This document shows positions 6,978-14,375 of a DNA stretch of 36,487 nucleotides, in pieces (the stretch's first letter is position 1; each line of letters starts with the position of its first letter). The stretch is from positions 1 to 36,487 of the IMG/VR virus record IMGVR_UViG_3300034146_000008; one strand, given 5' to 3'. The notes under the pieces were generated by a model, which worked only from the letters and a program-made list of their open reading frames with translations, searched no databases and had not been told where the DNA came from. This DNA is from a virus. A program made the translations under genes and the position numbers.

Positions 6978-6983
6978 ACGATC

Positions 6984-7011
6984 GTTCACACCTTTATTTA
7001 GCAATATATAA
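6984..7011 (+). promoter_or_regulatory. sigma70-type promoter on the plus strand (TTCACA-N16-TATAAT)
   Basis: -35 TTCACA at 6984-6989, 16-nt spacer, perfect -10 TATAAT at 7006-7011. Confidence 0.45.
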
Positions 7012-7017
7012 TGGAGT

Positions 7018-7205
7018 TATCCCCAGAATCGAATTAAAACCTTATTTTTCAAGGTGTAAAGTGAACGACTTGTCCCCTGCCTCAGTACACTTAGTGCATG
7101 GGTTTTCTGGAGTGCATGGCTCTTCGTGCAACAGCACAATAACATCACCAGTTAAAATATTTCTAAAGTAAAAGAGCCTCCTTATGGGGAGACTCTTTAT
7201 TTCGT
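7018..7205 (+). ncRNA. candidate ~185-nt plus-strand small RNA (promoter to terminator), antisense in orientation to the rest of the genome
   Basis: Bounded by the promoter at 6984-7011 and the terminator at 7174-7205. The only internal ATG ORF is 14 aa. Contains the tandem AGTGCATGG repeat and a near-consensus DnaA box TTATCCCCA (7018-7026). Confidence 0.35.
7174..7205. terminator. bidirectional rho-independent terminator
   Basis: GAGCCTCC-TTATGG-GGAGACTC (8 bp, 1 mismatch) followed by TTTATTTCG on plus and by CTTTTACTT on minus. Confidence 0.55.
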
Positions 7206-7246
7206 CCTTTCTTAAGGGACTTGTCCGTCGGTAGCGAATCGGCGAA

Positions 7247-7510
7247 TTATGTTTCTGCTACATCGTACAGCAAGGGGCTGCGGATGAGCGTATTGTAGTC
7301 TACACACGGAACTAAGTGCTCTACCACCGGAGCTTCTTCGTCAGCGTTACGTACTTTGCAACGCCTACATTCAGTCTCAAATTCTACGTGTATAACCGTG
7401 TTAATGGTCTTTGTACGTTTGTAGAATATCTGCTGTAAGGTCGGCTGATCGCAATCAGGACACCAAAGTACTTTCGTAGCAGTTGGTGCTGCTGTCCTTT
7501 TCTGGCTCAT
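7247..7510 (-). CDS. zinc-ribbon protein, hypothetical
   Basis: CPDC ... CRRC. The ORF-track start 7531 is a TTG; the first ATG (MSQKR) is at 7510. Confidence 0.5.
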   Translation of the reverse strand: MSQKRTAAPTATKVLWCPDCDQPTLQQIFYKRTKTINTVIHVEFETECRRCKVRNADEEAPVVEHLVPCVDYNTLIRSPLLYDVAET

Positions 7511-7670
7511 GGCAATTTGTTTTATCGCCAAACTTTCATCTGGCTGAAGTGAAAGAAAGATTTACAACGTGGCTTAGAAGACACTTTACTTTTGGAAGTG
7601 CGCTTGTTCATGTGCGTGTATTTAGGTGTGAAAGAATATTTGTCGCTCTTAGAGCGATCACAACCTCCGA

Positions 7671-7793
7671 TTACTCGGAAGCTGTATCGTTCTGAGATGT
7701 TAGAACGCAAACTTTACGTCCACACTTAGTACAAGGAGTATCAGTAAGGCGACTAGTGCCACTATCATCTTTGGGGAAGACATGATCACACAT
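7671..7793 (-). CDS. 40-aa Cys-rich micro-protein (candidate)
   Basis: Hand translation: MCDHVFPKDDSGTSRLTDTPCTKCGRKVCVLTSQNDTASE. The ATG at 7793 is 1 nt after the upstream TAG (7795-7797). Confidence 0.35.
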   Translation of the reverse strand: MCDHVFPKDDSGTSRLTDTPCTKCGRKVCVLTSQNDTASE

Positions 7794-7794
7794 G

Positions 7795-8109
7795 CTATCC
7801 CTCTAGGTCCATCTTTGATGCGTAGGATGGGTTTCGGGCTGCAATAGCACGCTGAGCTGGCTTCTCAATAAAGTTCTGAACGAAGATTTTGTAGGTTACA
7901 ACTGCGTATACAGCAGCAGTAATGAAGTACTTAACGAAGGCAGCGAGAGTTGTGTACTCGAATCCTCCGTAGAAGAACATCCCGAGAACAAGCACGATAA
8001 TCGCTGTAAGGTTACGGCGAATTTCTGTTGCACCAAGAGCTGGAATGAGGCTAAGTAAACCAGCCACAAACGCTGCAAGGATTCCTAAGATTTCTGTTGA
8101 TAGTTCCAT
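7795..8109 (-). CDS. membrane protein with about 3 TM helices (holin candidate)
   Basis: 104 aa. Hydrophobic segments ILGILAAFVAGLLSLIPALG, AIIVLVLGMFFYGGF and FITAAVYAVVTYKIF. Adjacent to the lysins. Confidence 0.5.
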   Translation of the reverse strand: MELSTEILGILAAFVAGLLSLIPALGATEIRRNLTAIIVLVLGMFFYGGFEYTTLAAFVKYFITAAVYAVVTYKIFVQNFIEKPAQRAIAARNPSYASKMDLEG

Positions 8110-8111
8110 AG

Positions 8112-8246
8112 TTATCTAATTATTCGAATAATAATGACAATGACGGCAAGAACTAGAAGCACGTGAAGGACTGAGCCAATAGCGAATACTCCACCTACTC
8201 CGAGGAGCCAGAGAACGAGTAGAATGATAATGATTGTTTCTAACAT
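8112..8246 (-). CDS. lmo0937-family-like 44-aa membrane micro-protein
   Basis: Hand translation: MLETIIIILLVLWLLGVGGVFAIGSVLHVLLVLAVIVIIIRIIR. Matches the remembered family pattern ML.TII.ILLVLWLLG...GG..H.LLV.AVI. ATG at 8246 is 1 nt after the amidase stop, and its own stop is 2 nt before the next start. Confidence 0.5.
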   Translation of the reverse strand: MLETIIIILLVLWLLGVGGVFAIGSVLHVLLVLAVIVIIIRIIR

Positions 8247-8247
8247 G

Positions 8248-8826
8248 TTATTGAAATGCTTTAACTAATAAGTCATGCACCTGAGCATGCAGTTTATCTA
8301 CCTCTTCGACGATCGAGGTAGAGACTTGAAGTTGTGCCCAGGTGTCAGGAAGTTTGTTGCCATAACAGGTCTTTACTGCAAATTTACGGTGTGGGACTAT
8401 GGCTGTTGCTCTAAGGTTGTGTTCTTTAAGTTTCTGCATGAGTAGGGTTCCTAGAGCCTTGGTTTGGGCTGCTGTAGGCATCGTAGAGTCGAAGTTACCA
8501 GCTAGACAGATACCGATAGATTTATCGTTGTAGCCCACTGTGTGAGCTCCTAGGTCACTGTCAGCACGAGCTTGATAGACTTTGCCGTTCTTCTCAATGT
8601 AGTAGTGGTATCCGCAGTAAAACCCGAGAGAACTTTTATAGTTCCATAGAAGTTTGTGGTAGTCGTCGCATTGTTTGAACGTGAAGTTAGAGCTGTCGGC
8701 TAGAGGGTTCTTGTCTGTACCACCTGTGTGGTGAATAACTAGCCACTGAGGTTTATTAAGACCTGCCTTAGCGACTTTACTTTTAGGGTCCATCCCCTGC
8801 TCTAGTTCTGGGTAGATTTTTTTCAT
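8248..8826 (-). CDS. N-acetylmuramoyl-L-alanine amidase (Amidase_2/PGRP, T7-lysozyme-like endolysin)
   Basis: WLVIHHTGG, GYHYYIEKNGKVYQAR, GAHTVGYNDKSIGICLAGNF, and the Zn ligand pair in PHRKFAVKTC (H-x7-C). Confidence 0.85.
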   Translation of the reverse strand: MKKIYPELEQGMDPKSKVAKAGLNKPQWLVIHHTGGTDKNPLADSSNFTFKQCDDYHKLLWNYKSSLGFYCGYHYYIEKNGKVYQARADSDLGAHTVGYNDKSIGICLAGNFDSTMPTAAQTKALGTLLMQKLKEHNLRATAIVPHRKFAVKTCYGNKLPDTWAQLQVSTSIVEEVDKLHAQVHDLLVKAFQ

Positions 8827-9866
8827 TTGAATATGTTGTTTAGTTCTATTCGTGTTGCAGAGTCGACTTCCCCTGTAACTTTAATTCCCTGCATTGCTTG
8901 AAAACGCTTAACTCCATCACGTGTAAGTCCCCCGAAGTATCCAGTTGGTGGTTGAATCATTGGGAAAAGGTAGTCCTGAGAGTCTTTAAGGTATCCAAGA
9001 CAACGCTGGAGCATAGCTACTTCTGTGTTGTCTGAACCGAGCTTAAGATTTTTTGTGAATACGTACTTTGGTTTTTCAGTGATGCTGTCGTTGATTTTGT
9101 TTTTGAAGTCCTCGAAGTAAAGTACAGAATCACAGCCCTTAATGAATTCGTCTTCTGTGATTACAAATAGACCTTTGAAACCCCACTGATCTGACCAGCT
9201 ATTCTGACAGACCCAAGACCTCTTCCCTTTCCATAAAGTTCGATCAACAATTACAATTTCGTGTCCGTCTTTCCCACTTTTAGAAAGTGGAGCCCCTCCG
9301 TCTGGATTAAGATAGCCGTTGAAGCGTACAGAGATACCGATACCTTTTCCAATATCAACAATTGAAGCAATGGCATCTGTATTCCAAGGGTCGATAGAAA
9401 GGAACTTACCTCCACGGAAAATCTTAGCCACAATACGATCTCCTTCAGTTTCGTCAGAGATAACTCGCATAGACATTTCATCTACAAGCTGTGAACGAAG
9501 CTGTATTTCAAACGGAAGACCGTTCTCTGCTGCCCACTGAAACGATGGTATTGGATAACACCCTCCACCTGGAGCAACGAAGTTTCTTGCGTAGCCTGAA
9601 CGAGCTGAGAACTCATAAAACTTACCTTCTTCACGAAGGTTTTCAATTCCAAGAATCAGAGCGATAGCCTGCCAAACACACGAGCCAGACGTATATTGAT
9701 CTCGTATCTTGCCGTAGCGTTTCCACTGGTCAGGTTGTTTCTCTATCCATATGGCAGCTTTAGCTACTCCACGAGCTTCTTCATACTTATAGAGCTTCTT
9801 CTTATCTACTGCGGAGTCGGGTAGTGCTCCTGTACCTCGATTGAATGGTGTTGATGCTGTGTTCAT
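8823..9866 (-). CDS. papain-family (C1) cysteine peptidase fused to a C-terminal PG_binding_1 domain (second endolysin candidate)
   Basis: Catalytic motifs QYTSGSCVWQA (Q..GSCW), DGHEIVIVD (His) and CQNSWSDQWG (NSW). C-terminal MLQRCLGYL...GYFGGLTRDGVKRFQAMQGIKVTGEVDSATRIELN is a peptidoglycan-binding repeat. Start trimmed to the ATG at 9866, which abuts the upstream stop at 9868. Confidence 0.7.
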   Translation of the reverse strand: MNTASTPFNRGTGALPDSAVDKKKLYKYEEARGVAKAAIWIEKQPDQWKRYGKIRDQYTSGSCVWQAIALILGIENLREEGKFYEFSARSGYARNFVAPGGGCYPIPSFQWAAENGLPFEIQLRSQLVDEMSMRVISDETEGDRIVAKIFRGGKFLSIDPWNTDAIASIVDIGKGIGISVRFNGYLNPDGGAPLSKSGKDGHEIVIVDRTLWKGKRSWVCQNSWSDQWGFKGLFVITEDEFIKGCDSVLYFEDFKNKINDSITEKPKYVFTKNLKLGSDNTEVAMLQRCLGYLKDSQDYLFPMIQPPTGYFGGLTRDGVKRFQAMQGIKVTGEVDSATRIELNNIFK

Positions 9867-9867
9867 A

Positions 9868-10311
9868 TTATTTATGTGAGTCGGTTGCTTGTTCTGCAAC
9901 TCTGTCTATGACGCTGTGAGCCATTTCTGCTAAATGTTTAGGGGTGTATTTTTCTAGTTCTGTCTCAAGGTCATCTATTCGTTTGTTAAGGCTGGCGATT
10001 TCTTTACTATGATTTTCTTTAATAACTCTAATCTCTTCGTTCTTCTCTTCTCTTAGGTGTATTCGTTCTTCCTCCTTTAGGTAAAACAATGCTCTGAGCT
10101 CAGCCAGTTCTTTCTTTACGAATTTTAATTCCGTCAGAGACTCTCGATAGAGAACTTTCCATTCATCACTAAACGTCACTAACACCTCAGCTTCCATCTT
10201 CTTAGCCTCTGCACTGGACTTAGGTTTGGCACCTTTGAACGCTAAGTAAGCAGTGAATAATGCACCGATAAGACCCAAGATTGCTGTAATGATTGTTGCT
10301 GTGTTACTCAT
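9868..10311 (-). CDS. N-terminally anchored coiled-coil membrane protein (lysis-associated, spanin- or holin-regulator-like)
   Basis: 147 aa. TM helix IITAILGLIGALFTAYLAF followed by a charged heptad-like region. Confidence 0.5.
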   Translation of the reverse strand: MSNTATIITAILGLIGALFTAYLAFKGAKPKSSAEAKKMEAEVLVTFSDEWKVLYRESLTELKFVKKELAELRALFYLKEEERIHLREEKNEEIRVIKENHSKEIASLNKRIDDLETELEKYTPKHLAEMAHSVIDRVAEQATDSHK

Positions 10312-10631
10312 AACGTTAAAGATTTAGTTCCATGGTTGTAAATCGTGTATTTTCGGACAGTAAACGCCAGCAGAAGACCCATAATTACAGTCTCAACTAC
10401 CAAACCTACAAGGATATAAGAAGTATCAAAGTGAGAATAAAGTTCTAAAATTTCTTTAAAGTGGAAGGCCGTCCATACGTACGTTAAGAAACGTATGAAG
10501 CTTGCTATCGAATACAATGACCAAGTACGTGTGGGAGTTAGTTTAAGATTTGCAATTTTCCAGCCGAATACAGCATTCCCGAGAGAGGCTAATAGTTGGT
10601 ATGCTATGAATGCGACGTAGAAAAAAGCCAT
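10308..10631 (-). CDS. polytopic membrane protein (holin candidate)
   Basis: 107 aa with 3-4 hydrophobic segments. ATGA overlap with the downstream gene. Confidence 0.55.
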   Translation of the reverse strand: MAFFYVAFIAYQLLASLGNAVFGWKIANLKLTPTRTWSLYSIASFIRFLTYVWTAFHFKEILELYSHFDTSYILVGLVVETVIMGLLLAFTVRKYTIYNHGTKSLTL

Positions 10632-10633
10632 AA

Positions 10634-10852
10634 TTATTTCTTAGGATTCTTTTCTTCCTCGATCTCTTTGCGAGTCTTTACACCTTTTGATCGACCCTCA
10701 GCTATGAGCGCATCAATTTCTTGTATTCGCTTTTCAGCTGCTTCTTTTTCTGCAACTAGATAGTCTAGGTTGTGGAGCGTTTCGTTCGTCTGGGTCTTTG
10801 TTTCTGTGATCTTGAATGTTGTGTCGCCCGTTTTTATTGTTTGTTTTGACAT
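10634..10852 (-). CDS. small coiled-coil protein, hypothetical
   Basis: 72-aa charged ORF, ATG at 10852. Confidence 0.5.
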   Translation of the reverse strand: MSKQTIKTGDTTFKITETKTQTNETLHNLDYLVAEKEAAEKRIQEIDALIAEGRSKGVKTRKEIEEEKNPKK

Positions 10853-10879
10853 ATATACTTCTTAATTTATTGTTAATAA

Positions 10880-13879
10880 CTACGCTGTGTTTGCTTTAAA
10901 TATCCAAATACGCCACTGACATGTACCCCCGTTATCATGGTAAAAATCCATACGAGTGACGTTCGTAGTGCTTTGGTACCTTCCATATGTTTCTTGGCCG
11001 TATACTTGTCCGCTCGTGGTGTTGTAGTTCGAGCCTTTGCCGTACATGAGAGTATGTTCACTAGCCGTTTTTGAAAGTTGAAGTTCGCCTGTAAAGTGCC
11101 TTCCATCTGTAGTAACTAGTGACCAAGAGTTGTTTAGGGTGTTACCTGCGCTAGCTGAAGATGAGTAGTAGTTAGCTATGTAAGAGAATGCGTAGTTACT
11201 TGCTGTGTCGTTATTCAATCGAATACGCATTTGTCCTGACGAAGAAGCGTTGCGCATTTGCACAACGATTCGATAGTTTTTATGAGCTTCAAGATCAAGA
11301 CCAGTACTTACGATTATTGAAGACGTCGCTACGCCTCCATTGTCGTAATAACCGACGAGTGATTCTGCTGCGCTCCCCCCTCCTGCTGGTGTTTCCCAAG
11401 TTGCATCACCGTCAGCATCTGAAGTAAGTACCTTACCAACACCAGGTGAACCGCCCGTGATCTTTATCGCTGGAGTTGTTAGTGTTCCCGTAAACGTAGG
11501 AGAAGCTAGTGGTGCGAGTGTTTCTATCTTGTCATAAATAGCGTTCTTGGTAGGTACTTGAGTTGAACCATTCCATCCAACTGCATAGGCATCATCAGGT
11601 ACGGTTGTAGGGACATTGAGCGTCACTGCCGAAGCACTAAGGAACATTGGAGCAGAGACAACGGTATTTCCAGCTAAGAACCCAAAGAATGCTGTATCTG
11701 CATTCATAACCATAGAGAACACTTGAGAACCTGATGTAGCGTTAGTAAACGCAAATCCATTACCTACCCATACGCCGCTATAGTTAATCGAACCTAGAGA
11801 AGCGAGACCTAGTGCTGGAGTGCCGCTAAATGTTTGTCCGCCACTTACAGTTAGGTTTCCGAGTTTTGCTGTCGTACCAATTGAGAGGTTTCCAGTACCG
11901 TAGAGAATCATTCTATCCGTAGATGTATAGCCGTTGTGGTACAGGTGGCCGAAGTGCAAGTTAGTGGTATTTACTGAGTTGTCAAATGAAGTACTGATTG
12001 CGCCAGTTATAGCAACTGAATCGTCCCACGTCATCATTTTTCTACCACCAACGTCATACGAAGTAGATAGACGAAGCATATTTATGTCACCAGCTCCGTC
12101 GTTGTTTATGACTGCATAACTTTGAGCTCCGATAGGTACGTTAAAATCCACCGATGCCCCTAAGTTGATGGTCATTGTATTTACTCCAGCAGCTCTAAAC
12201 GATAGAGCGTTTGCATTAGTATCCCAATACAATCCCCAGTCATCATAGTCAGTACCTACGTCGTAGAAAGACATGAGATAGCCACTTTCATCATAGAAAC
12301 GCCATCGGCCTGGCCCTACGCCACTTCCACCAGTACGCAAAGCTGAAGCTCCGGTTCCTCTAAGCTGTCCAGGGAAAACAATGTCTCCGTTATTTTGAAC
12401 AGTTAGTCGTGTATTCCAAGAAATATTTGCACCACCTAAACCGCTTCCAGCAGTACGAAGAACCCAATCACCGTTGTACATGTACTGGTTTACTGCTGGG
12501 CCATTTGCGTAGTATGTCCAATTACCTAAGCCGACTGCATTTGAGATCAAGTGCATATCACCTGAAGCACCGTACACAATAGCGTTTGTACCGCCATCAA
12601 AAACACCTGCGTATGTATCCCAAGTGGAAGGAGTTCCTGAGCCTATAACAAGGTCTTTTTGAATACGTGAGCGACCGTTTACATCTAGTTTGTATGTAGG
12701 GTCAATACCAATTCCAAGCTTATCGCCACTGAGCATCATTGATGCATCCCCTGATGTATTACCCCATAGTAATCTGCCTGTAATGTTACGGTATGCAATA
12801 TCTCCACCTAAAGCGTTGCCGAAGTATTGTCCTGGCCCAGCACAGTAAGCAATCATTGAGTTACCACCAACACCTCCTACACCGATAGCCGAAGGACCAG
12901 TGTCAGGGAGATCGAGCCATGTACCGCCAATAAACGAAACAATCTTAAGTAGATTATTGCCGTTAGGTGAATCGTAAAAGTTAAAAGACGTAGTTGGAAC
13001 ATTTACATGAAAACGAAAGTCGCTTCCTTGGATGCCGAAGCCGATAGTTCCACCGTTACCGTCGTCCCAAACAGCTAACTTTGCATTTCCGAGACTAGAA
13101 CCAAATGTTAGAGCGCTTAAGGTAAGTTTTTTCGTTGTGTTGTTCCAAAAGAAGTTAGCGTTATCTTGTGCAATTGTTGTTCCGTTCCAAAATAGTACTG
13201 AACCACTTGTGAGTGAAGGTATAGTAAGCTTTGTGTCGAGGACTGCTTGAAGGTCTGCCTGGTCTGAAATTAAGCCAGTAATGGAACCCCAGCTCCCTCC
13301 GCCATTCTGTTTACTAATAAGAAAACGAGTTTGGTTTTGAAGAGTAGCTATAGCGTTTCTAAGAGTTGCCTCTGTGGTGAATTGCTCTAAACCCTTAATG
13401 GCTGATGCATCAAGTCGTTCGTCTTTTTTTAATGACTCAAGTTTTTCTCTGATTTCTTCGGCTGTGTCTTTCTCTGGAATTTTTATCTTCTCTAATACTA
13501 GAGGTAAGACAAGTGGAACAACGTCTTCAGGATTAGCGTCTTTACCGGGTTTACCATCTTCAGGCTTTGAAGCAAGAACTGTTGCTGATATTTTCTGAAA
13601 TTGAGTGAGAGCTGCATCAATTCGTTTAGTTACTGCTGAATCTGCTGCTTTGTTTCGCTGATCTACTTGTGCAAGTGTTTCCTGATAGCGTGTATTTATC
13701 TGTTCAAAGGTGTCGTTAACGAGCTGACGTGTCTCTTCGTTGAGGTCTTGAGTGTTTTTCTTGAAAGATGCGAGTATGGAAATAAAGCCAGCCAGTACTT
13801 GCTCAATGTCTTCGGTAGTGACAACGTTTTCTATATTAAGAACTTCCGCTATCTTCTTAAGCTTCTGTATATTGTCCAT
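10880..13879 (-). CDS. tail fibre / receptor-binding protein
   Basis: 999 aa. Coiled-coil N-terminus, long Gly/Ser/Thr/Asn-rich beta-type region, largest gene in the genome, last of the virion genes. Preceded by its own promoter-like element. Confidence 0.65.
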   Translation of the reverse strand: MDNIQKLKKIAEVLNIENVVTTEDIEQVLAGFISILASFKKNTQDLNEETRQLVNDTFEQINTRYQETLAQVDQRNKAADSAVTKRIDAALTQFQKISATVLASKPEDGKPGKDANPEDVVPLVLPLVLEKIKIPEKDTAEEIREKLESLKKDERLDASAIKGLEQFTTEATLRNAIATLQNQTRFLISKQNGGGSWGSITGLISDQADLQAVLDTKLTIPSLTSGSVLFWNGTTIAQDNANFFWNNTTKKLTLSALTFGSSLGNAKLAVWDDGNGGTIGFGIQGSDFRFHVNVPTTSFNFYDSPNGNNLLKIVSFIGGTWLDLPDTGPSAIGVGGVGGNSMIAYCAGPGQYFGNALGGDIAYRNITGRLLWGNTSGDASMMLSGDKLGIGIDPTYKLDVNGRSRIQKDLVIGSGTPSTWDTYAGVFDGGTNAIVYGASGDMHLISNAVGLGNWTYYANGPAVNQYMYNGDWVLRTAGSGLGGANISWNTRLTVQNNGDIVFPGQLRGTGASALRTGGSGVGPGRWRFYDESGYLMSFYDVGTDYDDWGLYWDTNANALSFRAAGVNTMTINLGASVDFNVPIGAQSYAVINNDGAGDINMLRLSTSYDVGGRKMMTWDDSVAITGAISTSFDNSVNTTNLHFGHLYHNGYTSTDRMILYGTGNLSIGTTAKLGNLTVSGGQTFSGTPALGLASLGSINYSGVWVGNGFAFTNATSGSQVFSMVMNADTAFFGFLAGNTVVSAPMFLSASAVTLNVPTTVPDDAYAVGWNGSTQVPTKNAIYDKIETLAPLASPTFTGTLTTPAIKITGGSPGVGKVLTSDADGDATWETPAGGGSAAESLVGYYDNGGVATSSIIVSTGLDLEAHKNYRIVVQMRNASSSGQMRIRLNNDTASNYAFSYIANYYSSSASAGNTLNNSWSLVTTDGRHFTGELQLSKTASEHTLMYGKGSNYNTTSGQVYGQETYGRYQSTTNVTRMDFYHDNGGTCQWRIWIFKANTA

Positions 13880-13886
13880 TTACAGG

Positions 13887-13917
13887 CCGAATATATAACC
13901 CTTGTAGGTCCTGTAAA
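13887..13917 (-). promoter_or_regulatory. conserved promoter-like element, type 2 copy (TTTACA-N16-TATATT) ending 7-10 nt before the fibre ATG
   Basis: Minus strand: TTTACAGGACCTACAAGGGTTATATATTCGGCCTGTAA-ATG. 19 nt are identical to the copy at 17921-17939. Confidence 0.55.
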
Positions 13918-13950
13918 GGCAATTCCCCTATTGTTTTTATAAAATGAGAG

Positions 13951-13956
13951 TATAAT
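13951..13956 (+). promoter_or_regulatory. perfect TATAAT -10 box 38 nt upstream of the plus-strand tRNA
   Basis: TATAAT read directly. Only a weak -35 (TTGTTT at a 14-nt spacing). Confidence 0.3.
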
Positions 13957-13994
13957 GACCGTGTCTTTTGGTAATTTATTATTTTAAAGGCGAC

Positions 13995-14085
13995 GGAGAG
14001 TTGGCAGAGCGGTCTAATGCACCGGTCTCCAAAACTGGCAGATCACTTACAACAGGTCTCAGGGGTTCGAATCCCCTACTCTCCG
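13995..14085 (+). tRNA. class II (long variable arm, Ser-like body) tRNA with anticodon CCA
   Basis: Manual cloverleaf: acceptor GGAGAGT/ACTCTCC, G73, D arm GCA-GAGCGGTCTAA-TGC, anticodon stem CCGGT/ACTGG, loop CTCCAAA, variable arm of about 22 nt with an AGATC/GGTCT stem, T arm AGGGG-TTCGAAT-CCCCT. No encoded CCA end. Confidence 0.8.
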
Positions 14086-14134
14086 CATTGAATAGTATGT
14101 ATATGATATGTACATACATATGTATACACATATG

Positions 14135-14143
14135 TTATTCACA
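14135..14143 (+). promoter_or_regulatory. DnaA box (TTATTCACA, fits TTATNCACA)
   Basis: Read directly. Flanked by 8/9 matches at 14122-14130 (+) and 14161-14169 (-). Confidence 0.5.
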
Positions 14144-14171
14144 TCTACCATGTGTTGACATGTGTATGACA

Positions 14172-14180
14172 TGTGGATAA
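14172..14180 (-). promoter_or_regulatory. perfect DnaA box (TTATCCACA on minus strand)
   Basis: Plus strand reads TGTGGATAA. Confidence 0.55.
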
Positions 14181-14336
14181 ACTTAAATTACCTGTTGTAA
14201 GGTACGACCTAACAGTCGTTGCATGGCCTTAAAAGCCAGAAAATATGAGAATAGCGTGTTTCTTTGAGGTTTGTAGGTGTTCGTAACCTGCCTCAATTAC
14301 GAATCCCGAGTCTTTTACTCGGAAAAGCACACTAAC

Positions 14337-14364
14337 AAAAAAGTCCCCTTTACGGGGCTTTTTT
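14337..14364. terminator. bidirectional rho-independent terminator
   Basis: A6-G(T)CCCC-TTTAC-GGGGC-T6. Confidence 0.6.
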
Positions 14365-14366
14365 GT

Positions 14367-14375
14367 TTATCCACA
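14367..14375 (+). promoter_or_regulatory. perfect DnaA box (TTATCCACA)
   Basis: Read directly, immediately after the terminator T-run. Confidence 0.55.

Noticed and set aside
6974-7171. 65-aa plus-strand ORF between int and the lysis genes.
   Set aside because: It starts at a GTG upstream of the predicted transcription start of the only good promoter, and it has no motif. I treat the interval as a candidate small RNA, but translation cannot be excluded without data.
5100-7246. A tRNA or tmRNA 3-prime fragment marking attP next to the integrase.
   Set aside because: I searched both non-coding regions by eye for T-arm-like GGTTCGA(A/T)TCC-type sequences followed by an acceptor strand and found none. 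The integration target therefore cannot be inferred from this sequence alone.
7522-7710. 62-aa basic ORF (TTG start) between 7510 and 7671.
   Set aside because: It has a non-ATG start and overlaps the better-packed 40-aa ORF 7671..7793. The internal ATG version is only 29 aa. There is not enough evidence either way.
13995-14085. Idea that the long-arm tRNA is a selenocysteine or stop-codon suppressor tRNA, or that the phage uses a reassigned genetic code.
   Set aside because: The anticodon loop reads CCA, not UCA, CUA or UUA. The D arm is the normal class II type, not the 6-bp Sec type. All long genes are open in the standard code with TGA, TAA and TAG all used as stops.
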